A stretch of 64,000 bases of DNA from an uncultured Bacteroidales bacterium (GTDB lineage: Bacteria > Bacteroidota > Bacteroidia > Bacteroidales > JAADJA01), in the NCBI GenBank assembly GCA_964386225.1, contig CAYLTG010000001.1:935-64934 (forward strand), written 5' to 3'. The position numbers and the translations under genes are program-made. Positions 33,837 to 43,871 of this stretch are shown piece by piece. The stretch's first letter is position 1; every line of letters starts with the position of its first letter. Below the pieces are notes generated by a model, which was not told the DNA's origin, did no database searches, and saw only the letters and a program-made list of their open reading frames with translations.

Positions 33837-34889
33837 TCATCGGTTCGGTTGCACCGTTCGGGGATCGATCCTTTTCCTGAGCAGGCCGAACCGCAGCAGT
33901 CCGGCGAGGTATCCCAAACCATAGCTGAAATGGATCAGCGGGAAGGCGGCCAGCAGATAAGGGATCTCCCCGAGGGGCCTGGACCTGCCGACGTACAGGC
34001 GGATGCTGACAAACAAGTCTGCGATGAAGTAAAGCGTGACGAACAGGAGCAGGAGCTGTCCGAAAAATGCGGAAAAAAGAGCCAGTATTCCGGAGGATAA
34101 CAAGGAGAGGACGAACAGGGGCGGGACGAATTGGCGGAGGGTGGCGGGAGCCCCCACCTTGATGTTGACCAGTGGTTTGTAAAGACCGTACTGGAAGAAC
34201 ATGCTGTTCATCTTTCGGAAGTTCTTCCTGGCAGAATACCTGATCTTCACCTGGGGCAGGAGGTATATCCTTCCCCCCTCCCTGATGAGTCTCGCATTGA
34301 ATTCGTCATCCTGGTTGCGGGCCAGTTCCTCGTCGAACAGGCCGATGCGGTCGAACACCTCCCTCCTGTAGCACCCGTAAGGCACCGTGTCCACCTGCCG
34401 GGGCTCCCGGGTCGGAAGCCTGTAATGGGCATCGCCGATCCCGAAAGGATGAGAGGTGGCGTCGGCGATGGCCTGTGCCTTCAGAGTGGCGTTGCCCGGC
34501 ATGGTGATCCATGATCCGCCCGCATTGTCGCATTGGTAAGTATCCAGCGCGGCTGCCAGGGAAGAGATGTAGTCGTCAGGGTACTCCGAATGGGCGTCCA
34601 TCCTGATGATGATGCTCCCGGTCGACTTGACGATGGCCCGGTTAAGGGCAAAGGGGACCACCTGTTCCGGATTCTCAAGATATTGGATGTGAGGATATTG
34701 CGATGCGTATTCCCGGATTATGTCAGCCGTCCTGTCATCACTGTGGCCGTCCACAGCGAACACTTCAAGGAGATTGGCCGGGTAATCCTGGCTCAAAATG
34801 TTTTCCAGCACCCTGCCGATGAACTCCTCCTCGTTGCGGCAGGGAATGATCACGCTGACCTTGTGCGTATGTGCCTTGTTCGATGTCAA
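33837..34889 (-). CDS. Family 2 glycosyltransferase with C-terminal TM region
   Basis: Motifs VSVIIPCRNEEEFI, DGHSDDRT and RMDAHSEY (a DxD-like motif). The C-terminus has hydrophobic helices. Confidence 0.85.
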   Translation of the reverse strand: MTSNKAHTHKVSVIIPCRNEEEFIGRVLENILSQDYPANLLEVFAVDGHSDDRTADIIREYASQYPHIQYLENPEQVVPFALNRAIVKSTGSIIIRMDAHSEYPDDYISSLAAALDTYQCDNAGGSWITMPGNATLKAQAIADATSHPFGIGDAHYRLPTREPRQVDTVPYGCYRREVFDRIGLFDEELARNQDDEFNARLIREGGRIYLLPQVKIRYSARKNFRKMNSMFFQYGLYKPLVNIKVGAPATLRQFVPPLFVLSLLSSGILALFSAFFGQLLLLFVTLYFIADLFVSIRLYVGRSRPLGEIPYLLAAFPLIHFSYGLGYLAGLLRFGLLRKRIDPRTVQPNR

Positions 34890-35956
34890 CGGCCCAGGCT
34901 GTTTAATTGCTCGACATATTTCTCGATGGCATCCGGGAAGATCGCATGCTCCCGGATGATCTCCCTGTTCCTGCCGGCGATCCCTTCCCGGTCGGCCAAT
35001 GCCACCGCCAGGGAAGACCGGCCCGTATTTTCAGCCCGGTAATAGATGCCGTTTTTCCCTTCGGTGATCCATTCGCGGTTCGCCGGGATATCCGATACGA
35101 CAGGTATGCACCCGTATGCCATGGCCTCCAGTAACGAAACGGAGGTTGCATCCGAGGTGGGAATGGAGATATAGAAGCCTGCTTTCCTGTAATTATCGGC
35201 CTGTTCTTCCTCGCTGATGAACCCGCGAAAGGTGACACAGCGTGCCAGTCCCAGGTCTTCGACCAGCATTTCCAGCGATTGCCTCTCGGGGCCGTCGTGG
35301 GCTACGATCAGCCGCGCCTCCGGGTCATCCGCCGCGATCCTGCTGAAAAAACGGATCACCTCCCCGATGTTGTAGTTGGGTGAAAGCATCCGGTTGGAGT
35401 AAAAGAGGTGGAAGTCCTTTTCATGCGGGTTATAATCCGGCAGTTCATCCAACCCGAAACTGAAGGTTAGGGTGCTGACGGGATAGAGCCCGGTCATGAT
35501 CCCGGTCATGTGCCGTGAATCGGAAGTGGCCCAGTCGGCCGCCTTCAGGCTGAATTTGGTGACCCACCTGTAGAAGGGGTTCCTGAACGGAGTGACCAGG
35601 ATGTCCGTTCCCCAGGCCGACTGCACCAGCAAGAACTTAAAACGGCCCGACCTTTTGATCAGGGCGGCCAGGAATCCATGGCTGGTAATATAATGCGGGT
35701 TGACGATCGCGGGATCGATCTCCCTGATGATCTTCTTCACCTTGAAATACTCGAAGACAAGCTGGTAATTGCCTCCCTCCCCCGTAATGCCGAGGTCCAG
35801 GTCGAAGATGTGGCCTTCCGGCAACAACTCATGAATGGCCCTGTGTGTCTTCATGGAGGAGATCACGTAAAGATCGTAATGCCTTATCAGTGCCTTCACC
35901 CACTTCAGCATGTGGGTGTTCTCGGCATTCCCGATGATGAGGTATCTTTTCTTCAT
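34886..35956 (-). CDS. GT4-type (GT-B) glycosyltransferase
   Basis: Start at ATG 35956 (MKKRYLIIGN). The C-terminal E(x7)E-like region is SVSLLEAMAYGCIPVVSDI. Its 3' end overlaps the downstream GT2 start by 4 nt. Confidence 0.8.
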   Translation of the reverse strand: MKKRYLIIGNAENTHMLKWVKALIRHYDLYVISSMKTHRAIHELLPEGHIFDLDLGITGEGGNYQLVFEYFKVKKIIREIDPAIVNPHYITSHGFLAALIKRSGRFKFLLVQSAWGTDILVTPFRNPFYRWVTKFSLKAADWATSDSRHMTGIMTGLYPVSTLTFSFGLDELPDYNPHEKDFHLFYSNRMLSPNYNIGEVIRFFSRIAADDPEARLIVAHDGPERQSLEMLVEDLGLARCVTFRGFISEEEQADNYRKAGFYISIPTSDATSVSLLEAMAYGCIPVVSDIPANREWITEGKNGIYYRAENTGRSSLAVALADREGIAGRNREIIREHAIFPDAIEKYVEQLNSLGR

Positions 35957-35987
35957 ATGACCTGACTCCTTTCCCATGATCCCTTGA

Positions 35988-37259
35988 TTATCCTTGCAGT
36001 GAGCGCTTGTATACGGCGAGCATCCTGAAGTAGAGCATCACGGAGAACACGGCCATGCTGATGCTGAGCGCCGCCAGGGTGTAGGTGATGCCCGACCCCG
36101 TGGCGGCAGGCACCACCACGGCGGCGATCATCACCAGGTTACCGATGAAGTTCCATAGCAAATAGACCTTTTGCCTGTCGATGATCATGGGTACGATGGT
36201 GATGGGGCCGGTGATGAACTTGATGAAGATCCATACGACCAGGATGCGGGCGTGCTCGCCTGCTGTCACCCATTGCTTTCCGAGCACGAAGCCGAAAAGC
36301 CACGGGCTGATGGCCGCGAAGACGATCAAAGGGACCACCGACCATTTCATCAGGTTGGTGATGATCCGCTTCAGCTGGTAGGAGAAATCGACGCCGCGGT
36401 TGTAATCCCGGCTCGCCCGCTGGTAGAACACCTGGTTGATGGAGCTCCCGATCAGGTATAAGGGGATGATCAGGATGCGCAGGGCCTTGGAAAACTCGCC
36501 CACGGTACCGTTGTCGAAAAAGAAGGAGATGATGAAGATCAGCCCGCTCACCTGGAAGGTCTCGGACAGGGCGATCGGTACGTTGATCACGGGAAATTCG
36601 ACATACCGCCTGGCCATCCGCTTCATCCCGCCGCCATTCAGGAAACGGATCTTTCTCCGGTCCTTCGCGATGAACTGCCATACCATGATCACGGCCGATG
36701 CCAGCTGCCCGGCGATCTGCCCCCAGATCAGTCCCAGCGACGACAGTTTCATGATCCCGAACAGGATGGAACCCCCGGCCTTCGTGGAACTTTCCGAAAT
36801 CCTGGCCAGGCTGATGGATTTCATCTGTTCCCTCCGGACCATCCAGTATTGCAAACTCCTGTTGATGCCGAAGAGCAGGATGCCCAGGGGAACGTACAGG
36901 ACGAAGGTTCCGAACCCCTCCGCCGGGATAAGGGAAAGCACCCAGCTGCGTGCCACGAGGATCAAAAGAAGGGCGATGGCGGTGATCAGCAGGACGAAGA
37001 ACAGGGACAAGCCCAGGATATTGACCGCTTTGTTCTCGGTCCTGGGCAGCACGATGGCCATTTCGTACCTTGCTGTGGCGATAACGCCGAGCAGCATGAC
37101 AATGGCGACGTATACTTCGTACACGCCAAACTCCTCGGGCTGAAAGATCCTCGAAACCACCGGCTCCGCAAGCAAGGGGATCACCTGCGCAATGGAACTG
37201 CCGGAAATGAGAATGAAAATGTTCCTTGTGAACTCGGATCGTTTGAAATAGTCAAGCAC
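35988..37259 (-). CDS. Wzx-like oligosaccharide flippase (MOP superfamily)
   Basis: 423 aa with about 12 TM helices. It sits at the head of the glycosyltransferase/ligase cluster. Confidence 0.8.
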   Translation of the reverse strand: MLDYFKRSEFTRNIFILISGSSIAQVIPLLAEPVVSRIFQPEEFGVYEVYVAIVMLLGVIATARYEMAIVLPRTENKAVNILGLSLFFVLLITAIALLLILVARSWVLSLIPAEGFGTFVLYVPLGILLFGINRSLQYWMVRREQMKSISLARISESSTKAGGSILFGIMKLSSLGLIWGQIAGQLASAVIMVWQFIAKDRRKIRFLNGGGMKRMARRYVEFPVINVPIALSETFQVSGLIFIISFFFDNGTVGEFSKALRILIIPLYLIGSSINQVFYQRASRDYNRGVDFSYQLKRIITNLMKWSVVPLIVFAAISPWLFGFVLGKQWVTAGEHARILVVWIFIKFITGPITIVPMIIDRQKVYLLWNFIGNLVMIAAVVVPAATGSGITYTLAALSISMAVFSVMLYFRMLAVYKRSLQG

Positions 37260-37400
37260 AGGAGTATCGGGATTTCTGTCGCGCTAAAAGTACGAACTTT
37301 TGGGATACCTTACAGGAAGGCCGGCACCGTCAATTTTGATGACTGGAGGTCCCGGTCATACCATCGACGGGTATGCCGGCACCCGGGCACAGGCTGTATG

Positions 37401-38312
37401 TCATTCTTCTTTCTTGATCCCCAGCTCGGCAACCTGCAGGATTTCGTCATTGGCCTCGTCGAAGATGAAGCTGATGATGTTGTAGTCTGCCGTGTCGCTT
37501 ACCCAGGGCTGGTCAAGCTCGTAGTAGAACTGGTTGTAGTAGGTTTCGCCCTGCGACACCGTGCCGTCAGCGGTCATGTACTCCCCGAATGTGGAGGTGA
37601 CACCGTCGCGCAATACATTGAGGTGGTGGTAGTCGACCCAGTCCGGTACCGGCCCGATCTCTTCGTTGTTGTTGCGCTGCGGCCTGATGATGAGGTCCTC
37701 GGCGAGCAGCACGACGATCTTGTATTTGCTGTCGAGCGCGGAATTGACCGTGGAGGTGATGTTGATCAGCACGCTGCTGCTGTTGGGGAAATACTTGCTT
37801 ACCACCTTCATGTCGATCACGCTGGGCTTGGCCAGTTCGATGGGGATGGCCTCCTCCCAGTCACCGGTCACAAAAAGCAGCACCGTGCTGCCATCATACT
37901 CCACGCGGTTCACCGTCCCCGAAGGATTGAAAGGCTCGTTGAAATAGTTGAACAGCGCATCGCCCGTGGGGTTTCTGAAGTCGTAGGTATACAGGCCCGA
38001 AGCGTCGGGGGTGGCCTGGAAACCGGCATGCACGGCATAGATGATGAGCCGGTGGTCATACATCTCAGCCCATTCATGCGCTACGATGGCGGCCTCCGGA
38101 CAATTCACGCATTTATGTCCTGTGAAGTCCTCCAGCAACACCTGTTTCTGGTTGACGATCACGGAATCAAGCACGAATACCGTGTCCGTATTCACCGGGA
38201 TGTTCTGTTCGTTCGTCACCACCAGCCCCTCATCCACCTTGTCACAGGCGGTCGCGAGAAGCAATGCGAAGAAAACGGCAGCGATTATGTGAGGCATCTT
38301 GGCTTTCATCAT
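37401..38312 (-). CDS. Omp28-related thioredoxin-fold lipoprotein with CxxC
   Basis: Start at ATG 38312 (MMKAKMPHIIAAVFFALLLATAC lipobox). LLEDFTGHKCVNCP carries the CxxC at 38100-38111. It starts 14 nt after the upstream barrel gene. Confidence 0.65.
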   Translation of the reverse strand: MMKAKMPHIIAAVFFALLLATACDKVDEGLVVTNEQNIPVNTDTVFVLDSVIVNQKQVLLEDFTGHKCVNCPEAAIVAHEWAEMYDHRLIIYAVHAGFQATPDASGLYTYDFRNPTGDALFNYFNEPFNPSGTVNRVEYDGSTVLLFVTGDWEEAIPIELAKPSVIDMKVVSKYFPNSSSVLINITSTVNSALDSKYKIVVLLAEDLIIRPQRNNNEEIGPVPDWVDYHHLNVLRDGVTSTFGEYMTADGTVSQGETYYNQFYYELDQPWVSDTADYNIISFIFDEANDEILQVAELGIKKEE

Positions 38313-38326
38313 TGTCTTTTTGGGAG

Positions 38327-40093
38327 TTAAAATGAGCTTGTGAGCGTTACGGTCAGACCGGTGGAGGCAGGGACATACCGGCACACGCCACCGACACAAA
38401 GCAAACCTTCGCGCTGTCGACCATACCGCACGGAAATCCTGTTCGTGTTGTCAGTGTATCCGAAGGAGAAATTGAAATAGTGTAGCTGCATCTCCTTGAT
38501 GGGGTTCCCGTAGTTGTATTCATCGATCACCGAGAAGAACCAGCTGGGGGAGATGTTGTACTCCAGGACCAGGGCGGCGCGGTCCCCTTCATCCTCCTTC
38601 GTCAGGAGCGACTGGGCCTCCACGCGGAGGGAGTGCCTCCTGTTGAACATGTAGGTGAAGTCGACGACAAAAATGTCGGAATGGATCAGTTCCTCGTCGT
38701 CGAATATGTCGTCCTCGATCACATGAAGGTTGTACAGCTGGCGGTAATACGCCGCCTTCAGCTTGACCTTTGAGCTGAACTTGCGCTCCACCATGAAGTT
38801 CAGGTCACGGTAGAACGGGATGTCGCCGATGGAAAAGAAAGCGGATTTATAACCGTCCGTACCCGTGGAGTCGAGGGGGATGTCGCTCGATATCTGCTCC
38901 CTCTTGATCGAATTGACCCAGCTGTAGTTCAGGGTGAGGGTGGTGCCGTATTTGCCGCCGAGCAGGCTCTTCTTGGGGATGGTATACACCACCTGCCCCA
39001 TGAAGCCGGCCTCTCCGTTCTGCTTGGTGGCATAGGGATACATGGTGACCAATTGATAGGGATGTTCCTTGCTGATGGCCGGCAGGTAGTTGATGTCGAG
39101 CATGGGCGGGGTGCCCGACTCGTTGCGGCTCGACTTGTAGAACATGTTGTCGATCCATTTGGTCGTCAGAAGGAGGCCAAACCCCTTGGTCGAATAGGAG
39201 AGGGTGGAGAAGATCGCCTGTCCGTTCTTGTAAATGAAATTGTTCGTGGCGTTGGGATCGTTCTCCTTCAGCGCGTATTCCGCATCGAAATTGAACCCGC
39301 CGTTGGCAATGTTGATCCTTCCGGCATAGCTGGCCACATTCACCGGCAGGTCATATTCGTAAGTGGTCCTCCGGAGGAATTCGGTGGTGTCGCCGAAGTC
39401 GTCCACCACGAAATAGTCGCTCTCGCGGGTGAATCCCATGGGTGTGGCCTTCTGGTAACGGCTGACGAAACTTCCGCCCAGCGTGACCTTGGTCTTGGCA
39501 TCTTTCAGGGACCCGATGAAATCGTTGAAATGGAAATCTCCGTCGAACCCCCTGACGATCCCCCGGCTGTCGGTGGTATAGGGTTCCCAGAAATAGCGCT
39601 GCACGCCGACCAGCCCTTTTAACGTGACCCCCTGAACAGGGGTGAATTTGGCATTGAAACCATACAGGTTGTTATCGTACCCCAGGGTCCATTCCTCCCA
39701 GCTCCTCAGCACCAGGCCGCTTCCGAACTGCTCATAGAAATGGCCTGCGGTCAATTCCAGGGAGCTGAGCTTGTAATTGACATACCAGAAGGGGACACCC
39801 ACTCCCTCGTATTTCTTGTCAAACCCGATCATGGGGTTCAGGAAACCTTCAAAACGCATCCCCGCCCTGAAGTTGCCATTGGAGTAGAGCACATTGGCGA
39901 ATCCATTCATCCCGAATTTCTCGTAGTTCAGGGTGGAGTCCGTGATCCCCAGCGGTTCATCTTCGGTGTATACTTGGGCATCCACCTGGAGGTTCCCTGA
40001 CACCTTGCCGCCGCTCAAAAAATCCTGTGCCCCGGCATGTCCTGTGATTGCAAGGATCAGTGCGATCCATAAAGAACGTGTAAATCTTCTCAA
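38327..40093 (-). CDS. Large outer-membrane beta-barrel protein (uncharacterised family)
   Basis: 588 aa with signal peptide MRRFTRSLWIALILAITGHAGAQ. It shows long amphipathic strand periodicity and a C-terminal ...LTVTLTSSF with terminal Phe. Confidence 0.65.
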   Translation of the reverse strand: MRRFTRSLWIALILAITGHAGAQDFLSGGKVSGNLQVDAQVYTEDEPLGITDSTLNYEKFGMNGFANVLYSNGNFRAGMRFEGFLNPMIGFDKKYEGVGVPFWYVNYKLSSLELTAGHFYEQFGSGLVLRSWEEWTLGYDNNLYGFNAKFTPVQGVTLKGLVGVQRYFWEPYTTDSRGIVRGFDGDFHFNDFIGSLKDAKTKVTLGGSFVSRYQKATPMGFTRESDYFVVDDFGDTTEFLRRTTYEYDLPVNVASYAGRINIANGGFNFDAEYALKENDPNATNNFIYKNGQAIFSTLSYSTKGFGLLLTTKWIDNMFYKSSRNESGTPPMLDINYLPAISKEHPYQLVTMYPYATKQNGEAGFMGQVVYTIPKKSLLGGKYGTTLTLNYSWVNSIKREQISSDIPLDSTGTDGYKSAFFSIGDIPFYRDLNFMVERKFSSKVKLKAAYYRQLYNLHVIEDDIFDDEELIHSDIFVVDFTYMFNRRHSLRVEAQSLLTKEDEGDRAALVLEYNISPSWFFSVIDEYNYGNPIKEMQLHYFNFSFGYTDNTNRISVRYGRQREGLLCVGGVCRYVPASTGLTVTLTSSF

Positions 40094-40126
40094 AGCCGTT
40101 GAATTTGAGTGGTTGGACGCTGCTTT

Positions 40127-40651
40127 CTAATGATGGACAGGCTCGCCGTTGATGATCTTTTCGACGATCTCAATGTATTCCACCTCGTCACCGTCGAGGT
40201 ACCCGACATGCTGCCACACGATATTCCCTTCACCGTCAACAATGAAGGTATGAGGCGGGACGTTGACGCCCATGGCCCTTTTGAAATCGCCGTTCTCGTC
40301 GAGCAGCACCTCGAACTCCCAGCTCTTGCCGTTCACCAGCGGCAGCACCTGCCTGCTTGAACGGGCGTTGTCGATGGAAATGGCATACAGTTTTACACCG
40401 GTCTCGTCCACCCAGTCCTCGTATACATCGTTGATGGCATCGTGCTCCTTGATGCAGGGTTTGCACCAGGTGGCCCAGAAGGTGATGATGATGGGTTTCC
40501 CGTCGTTGGAAAGGGTGCTCATGTTGAAGATCTCCCCGTCCATGGTCTTCACTTCGATGGCGGGCAACTTGCCAAAGTTCTTGGCCTCTTCCTGCGCATA
40601 TCCGCCAACGGCCATAATAGTCATTCCAAGCGCGATCAGTAATTGTTTCAT
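40127..40651 (-). CDS. TlpA-family periplasmic thiol:disulfide oxidoreductase
   Basis: Signal peptide MKQLLIALGMTIMAVGGYAQ. The thioredoxin motif FWATWCKPC has its CxxC at 40454-40465. An alternative upstream ATG lies at 40675. Confidence 0.85.
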   Translation of the reverse strand: MKQLLIALGMTIMAVGGYAQEEAKNFGKLPAIEVKTMDGEIFNMSTLSNDGKPIIITFWATWCKPCIKEHDAINDVYEDWVDETGVKLYAISIDNARSSRQVLPLVNGKSWEFEVLLDENGDFKRAMGVNVPPHTFIVDGEGNIVWQHVGYLDGDEVEYIEIVEKIINGEPVHH

Positions 40652-40817
40652 CGTATTATATTTATGTTTTTGCATATTTATAAATCAGCCCAAAATTAAC
40701 AGAACATTGGCTAAACGACTTCATCCGGGGCTAATTTAAATAGCGTCTAAATAGACGCGGACCGATCATAGACAATCGGGGCAGGGAAAGGGTTGTATGG
40801 TTCAAGGGGAACTTGAC

Positions 40818-41807
40818 CTAGTGGCCGGGCATCATATAGACCTCGAGGATCTTGCATCCCCCCTCGGGATGGATCTCGACGGTGTTCAGGCTGGCGGGCA
40901 GCAGGATGGCTTCCCCCATTTTCACCAGATAATCCGTGCCGCCGGCCGTCAGGTGGAAAGCCCCTTCGGGACACACATAGATCACGAACGAGTCGAGCTC
41001 GCTGTAATCCTTGGCAAGGGGCTGGTCGAGGTGGATGAGGTTGGTGGTGAAGTAAGGGCTCTCTACCACGCTCACGGTTTCGTTGAGCTTCTTCTCATAG
41101 GCGGTCCTGTATTCATCCCGTACCCCGAAATCGATCGCGTCCAGGGCCAGCTCGGTATGCAGTTCGCGCATCATGCCGGCCTTGTCGATGCGGTCCCAGT
41201 CGTAGATGCGGTAGGTCACGTCGGAGGTCTGCTGGATCTCCGCGAGCAGGATGCCCGGCCCCAGGGCATGCACCCGCCCTGCCGGCATGTAATAGACGTC
41301 GCCGCGTTTGACCTTCTCGAAGTTCATGATCGATTTGAGGGTTTTGTCCCCGAGCCTGCGGAGGTATTCATCCTTGCTCACCTTCTTTGAGAACCCGCTG
41401 ATAAGTTCCGAGTCCTTTTCCGCATCCAGGATATACCACATCTCGGTCTTGCCAAGGCTGCCGTGCCGCTTTCCGGCAAGTTCGTCGTCGGGGTGCACCT
41501 GGATCGAAAGCCAATCGTTGGCATCGATGAATTTGATGAGGATGGGGAACTCGTCGCCGAACCTCTGGTAAACGGCATCGCCTACCAGTTCGCCCATGTA
41601 GATCTCCACCAGTTCGTTCAGGTCATTGCCCTCCAGGAAACCATTGGCGATCTCCGTCTGGCTGCCGTCCACCCCCGACAGCACCCACACTTCACCGCAA
41701 TTGGGCAGGGGCGAGAATTCCTGGCCGAGGACGGTCTTTATCTTTTGACCGCCCCAGATCTTGTCCTTGTAAACGGGCTTGAATTTCAGGGGGTAAAGGG
41801 TGTTCAT
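40818..41807 (-). CDS. manA: Type I phosphomannose isomerase (cupin)
   Basis: MNTLYPLKFKPVYKDKIWGG..., WLSIQVHPDD and GDVYYMPAGRVHALGPG form the typical small PMI pattern. Confidence 0.8.
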   Translation of the reverse strand: MNTLYPLKFKPVYKDKIWGGQKIKTVLGQEFSPLPNCGEVWVLSGVDGSQTEIANGFLEGNDLNELVEIYMGELVGDAVYQRFGDEFPILIKFIDANDWLSIQVHPDDELAGKRHGSLGKTEMWYILDAEKDSELISGFSKKVSKDEYLRRLGDKTLKSIMNFEKVKRGDVYYMPAGRVHALGPGILLAEIQQTSDVTYRIYDWDRIDKAGMMRELHTELALDAIDFGVRDEYRTAYEKKLNETVSVVESPYFTTNLIHLDQPLAKDYSELDSFVIYVCPEGAFHLTAGGTDYLVKMGEAILLPASLNTVEIHPEGGCKILEVYMMPGH

Positions 41808-41894
41808 AATGAGAATGTCAATGGGACATGGTCCGTATGGAAATCAAAGTTATGGATAATTGTGAGAGCGCTCCCGGGGTCATGCACGCAGGGA

Positions 41895-42551
41895 TCAGTT
41901 CACTTTGTCCGGATCGATGGTCCAGATCTCTGCCGATGATACCTTGAAGGCCACGATGCCGCGCTCCTGTGTGTAATACAGTTCAAAAGGCCTGCGCTCC
42001 TGGGTCAGGTAATAGACGTTCCTGTAGATATTCCCGTTGAGCGTCACTTTATCCTTGAATTCGAAGATCTCACCCTTGTCATGGGAGTCCGACTGGTAGG
42101 TGACGATCTTCAGGGCATTGGAATAGTAGCTGCCGTCCGCGATCTTAACCCGGAGGATATCCCATTCCCCGCTCTCACCTTTGCCTTTTTCGAGAAGATA
42201 CTGCAGAAAATATTCCGAGGACTGGGAGGTGAACACCAGTTCTTCCCGCTCAAGGTCGGCGTAATAGTCCTTCTGGTAGGAGAAGAACCCGCTCTGGTCC
42301 GACATGTACCTGATGTTATCAAAGTAGTTCACTTTACCGTTCCCGGTGAACAGGATCTTGCTGGTATCCTGGTAAAAGGTCACCTGCTCCTCTCCTGAAT
42401 AGGGCACCCATGCTCTCGAATCCTCCCGGAGCAGGACGGCATCGGTGGTCACTGATTTGGGCCCGCACGATGCGACCGTCAACAGGATGACGATTGCCTG
42501 GATCCCCAAAGTGATGCGTTTGAATTGCATGAAATCGTTTTTTTCTGACAT
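41895..42551 (-). CDS. Hypothetical lipoprotein
   Basis: The ORF-track N-terminus is trimmed. MSEKNDFMQFKRITLGIQAIVILLTVASC gives a signal plus lipobox, with ATG 42551 or 42530 as start. I recognised no family. Confidence 0.55.
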   Translation of the reverse strand: MSEKNDFMQFKRITLGIQAIVILLTVASCGPKSVTTDAVLLREDSRAWVPYSGEEQVTFYQDTSKILFTGNGKVNYFDNIRYMSDQSGFFSYQKDYYADLEREELVFTSQSSEYFLQYLLEKGKGESGEWDILRVKIADGSYYSNALKIVTYQSDSHDKGEIFEFKDKVTLNGNIYRNVYYLTQERRPFELYYTQERGIVAFKVSSAEIWTIDPDKVN

Positions 42552-42674
42552 CCGGTATTTTCTACGAATAAGATCCTCAAAAGTTCGGATTGTTTGCAAA
42601 ACTAATGATTTTGATAAAAAGGGGAGGTATAGTTCCCGTCCGCCTTTCGTATTTTTGTATGAAACTGGCGCATC

Positions 42675-43076
42675 ATGGGATCCACCGTCAACGAGGAACA
42701 GCTTGCCAATTTGCTGCACGACCGCCTTTTCGGCAGGCCGGATCAGCGGGCCCTCCTTGAATCGCTCATCGACAAGGCGGGGCTGTACAGGTCCTTGTTG
42801 AACCTGCCGACCCATCTGTCGGTCGCTTTCAGGCTTGAAAAGGCGCAGCCCGATGCCGGGGCCCGGCCCACCTTCGATCGGTTGGTCCTGGTGATCCCCG
42901 AATCATTCGAAGCCGAATGCCCGGTGCGCATCAGCGGACACTTCATGGTCACCTACAAGCATGCGAAAGAACCGCTGCCGAATCAAGTGCCCGCGTTCCG
43001 TATTATTTATGCCGCGGTGATGATCACGGGCACTGAAAAAGTTCTCTTTAGGAATGAGCAGGTTAGGCTCGCCTGA
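42675..43076 (+). CDS. Hypothetical protein (133 aa)
   Basis: Codon usage is GC3-rich like the neighbouring genes. A TATTTTTG -7-like box lies at 42650-42657. I recognised no domain. Confidence 0.45.
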   Translation: MGSTVNEEQLANLLHDRLFGRPDQRALLESLIDKAGLYRSLLNLPTHLSVAFRLEKAQPDAGARPTFDRLVLVIPESFEAECPVRISGHFMVTYKHAKEPLPNQVPAFRIIYAAVMITGTEKVLFRNEQVRLA

Positions 43077-43214
43077 GCCCGGGCACGGACCTTCAGTTCA
43101 CAATGGCGTGTTGAAAAGTTCGCGACTTCGCATGAGGCGGCGAAGGGATAACCCATATTTTTGCCGCTATTAAATGTTCTTGTTTTCATAGCGGAACAAC
43201 ACGGTAAAATCTAA

Positions 43215-43279
43215 AGCAGCGACAGGACGTTCCCCCATTTTCACCCGGGAGGTGGTTAAACTCCACCCGCTGCTTTTTT
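43215..43279. terminator. Compound hairpin / bidirectional terminator between convergent genes
   Basis: The outer stem pairs AGCAGCG (43215-43221) with CGCTGCT (43268-43274). It encloses the hairpin GGTGG-TTAAACT-CCACC and is followed by T6 on the plus strand. Confidence 0.45.
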
Positions 43280-43307
43280 ACCTTTCCCCTCTTTCAAGAT
43301 CTTCCCT

Positions 43308-43619
43308 TTATTCAATGTTGATCCTGTAGGTCTTCTGAAGCCGGTGGCGGTCCTTTTCGGCCGATTCTTCCAGCATGCGGATCAGCAGCTCGGGCCTTTT
43401 CCTTTCCCTGAGCAGGCCCAGAAGCCATTTTTTCAGGTTGATGTTCTGTTCCAGGTGGTGGATGTTCAGCGCGCTCTTCACATCTTCGAGGTAGAGGTAC
43501 TCCTGCTTGATGGTCAGGCTTTTCTTGGTGTTCACGCGGATGAACTCCACGGCCTTGCTTTCCGGCTTCTTCGGCTCCGTGGCATTGTAGAGCGAGCGTT
43601 TTCCGACCCGTGGGTGCAT
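43308..43619 (-). CDS. Hypothetical basic protein (103 aa)
   Basis: Intact ORF with no recognised domain. It is Lys/Arg/Glu-rich and predicted helical. Confidence 0.45.
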   Translation of the reverse strand: MHPRVGKRSLYNATEPKKPESKAVEFIRVNTKKSLTIKQEYLYLEDVKSALNIHHLEQNINLKKWLLGLLRERKRPELLIRMLEESAEKDRHRLQKTYRINIE

Positions 43620-43871
43620 GTGATTAGTATTTGATCAGCATTGTTATCGTAAATTAATCAAAAAGCGCCGGATGGAAAAGTATTTTTAAAATTATTTCCG
43701 CAGATCGCTGCCATTGGGTTGCTTTCCTTACGTATAACCCCGCGCCAACCTTAGCCCAGGCTTCATCATGGAAGGGACCAGGCTGTCAAAGAACCTATTC
43801 CTCGACGAATAGATCCCCGAAGGGCTTCCGAGAAACAGCTCGCCCGAGCGACAGCGGAAGCGGTGCGTCCC

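Noticed and set aside
36849-38330. 493-aa plus-strand ORF crossing the flippase gene, an intergenic gap and the Omp28-like gene.
   Set aside because: It crosses two opposite-strand genes and their intergenic region, and it has no signal, motif or plausible start context.
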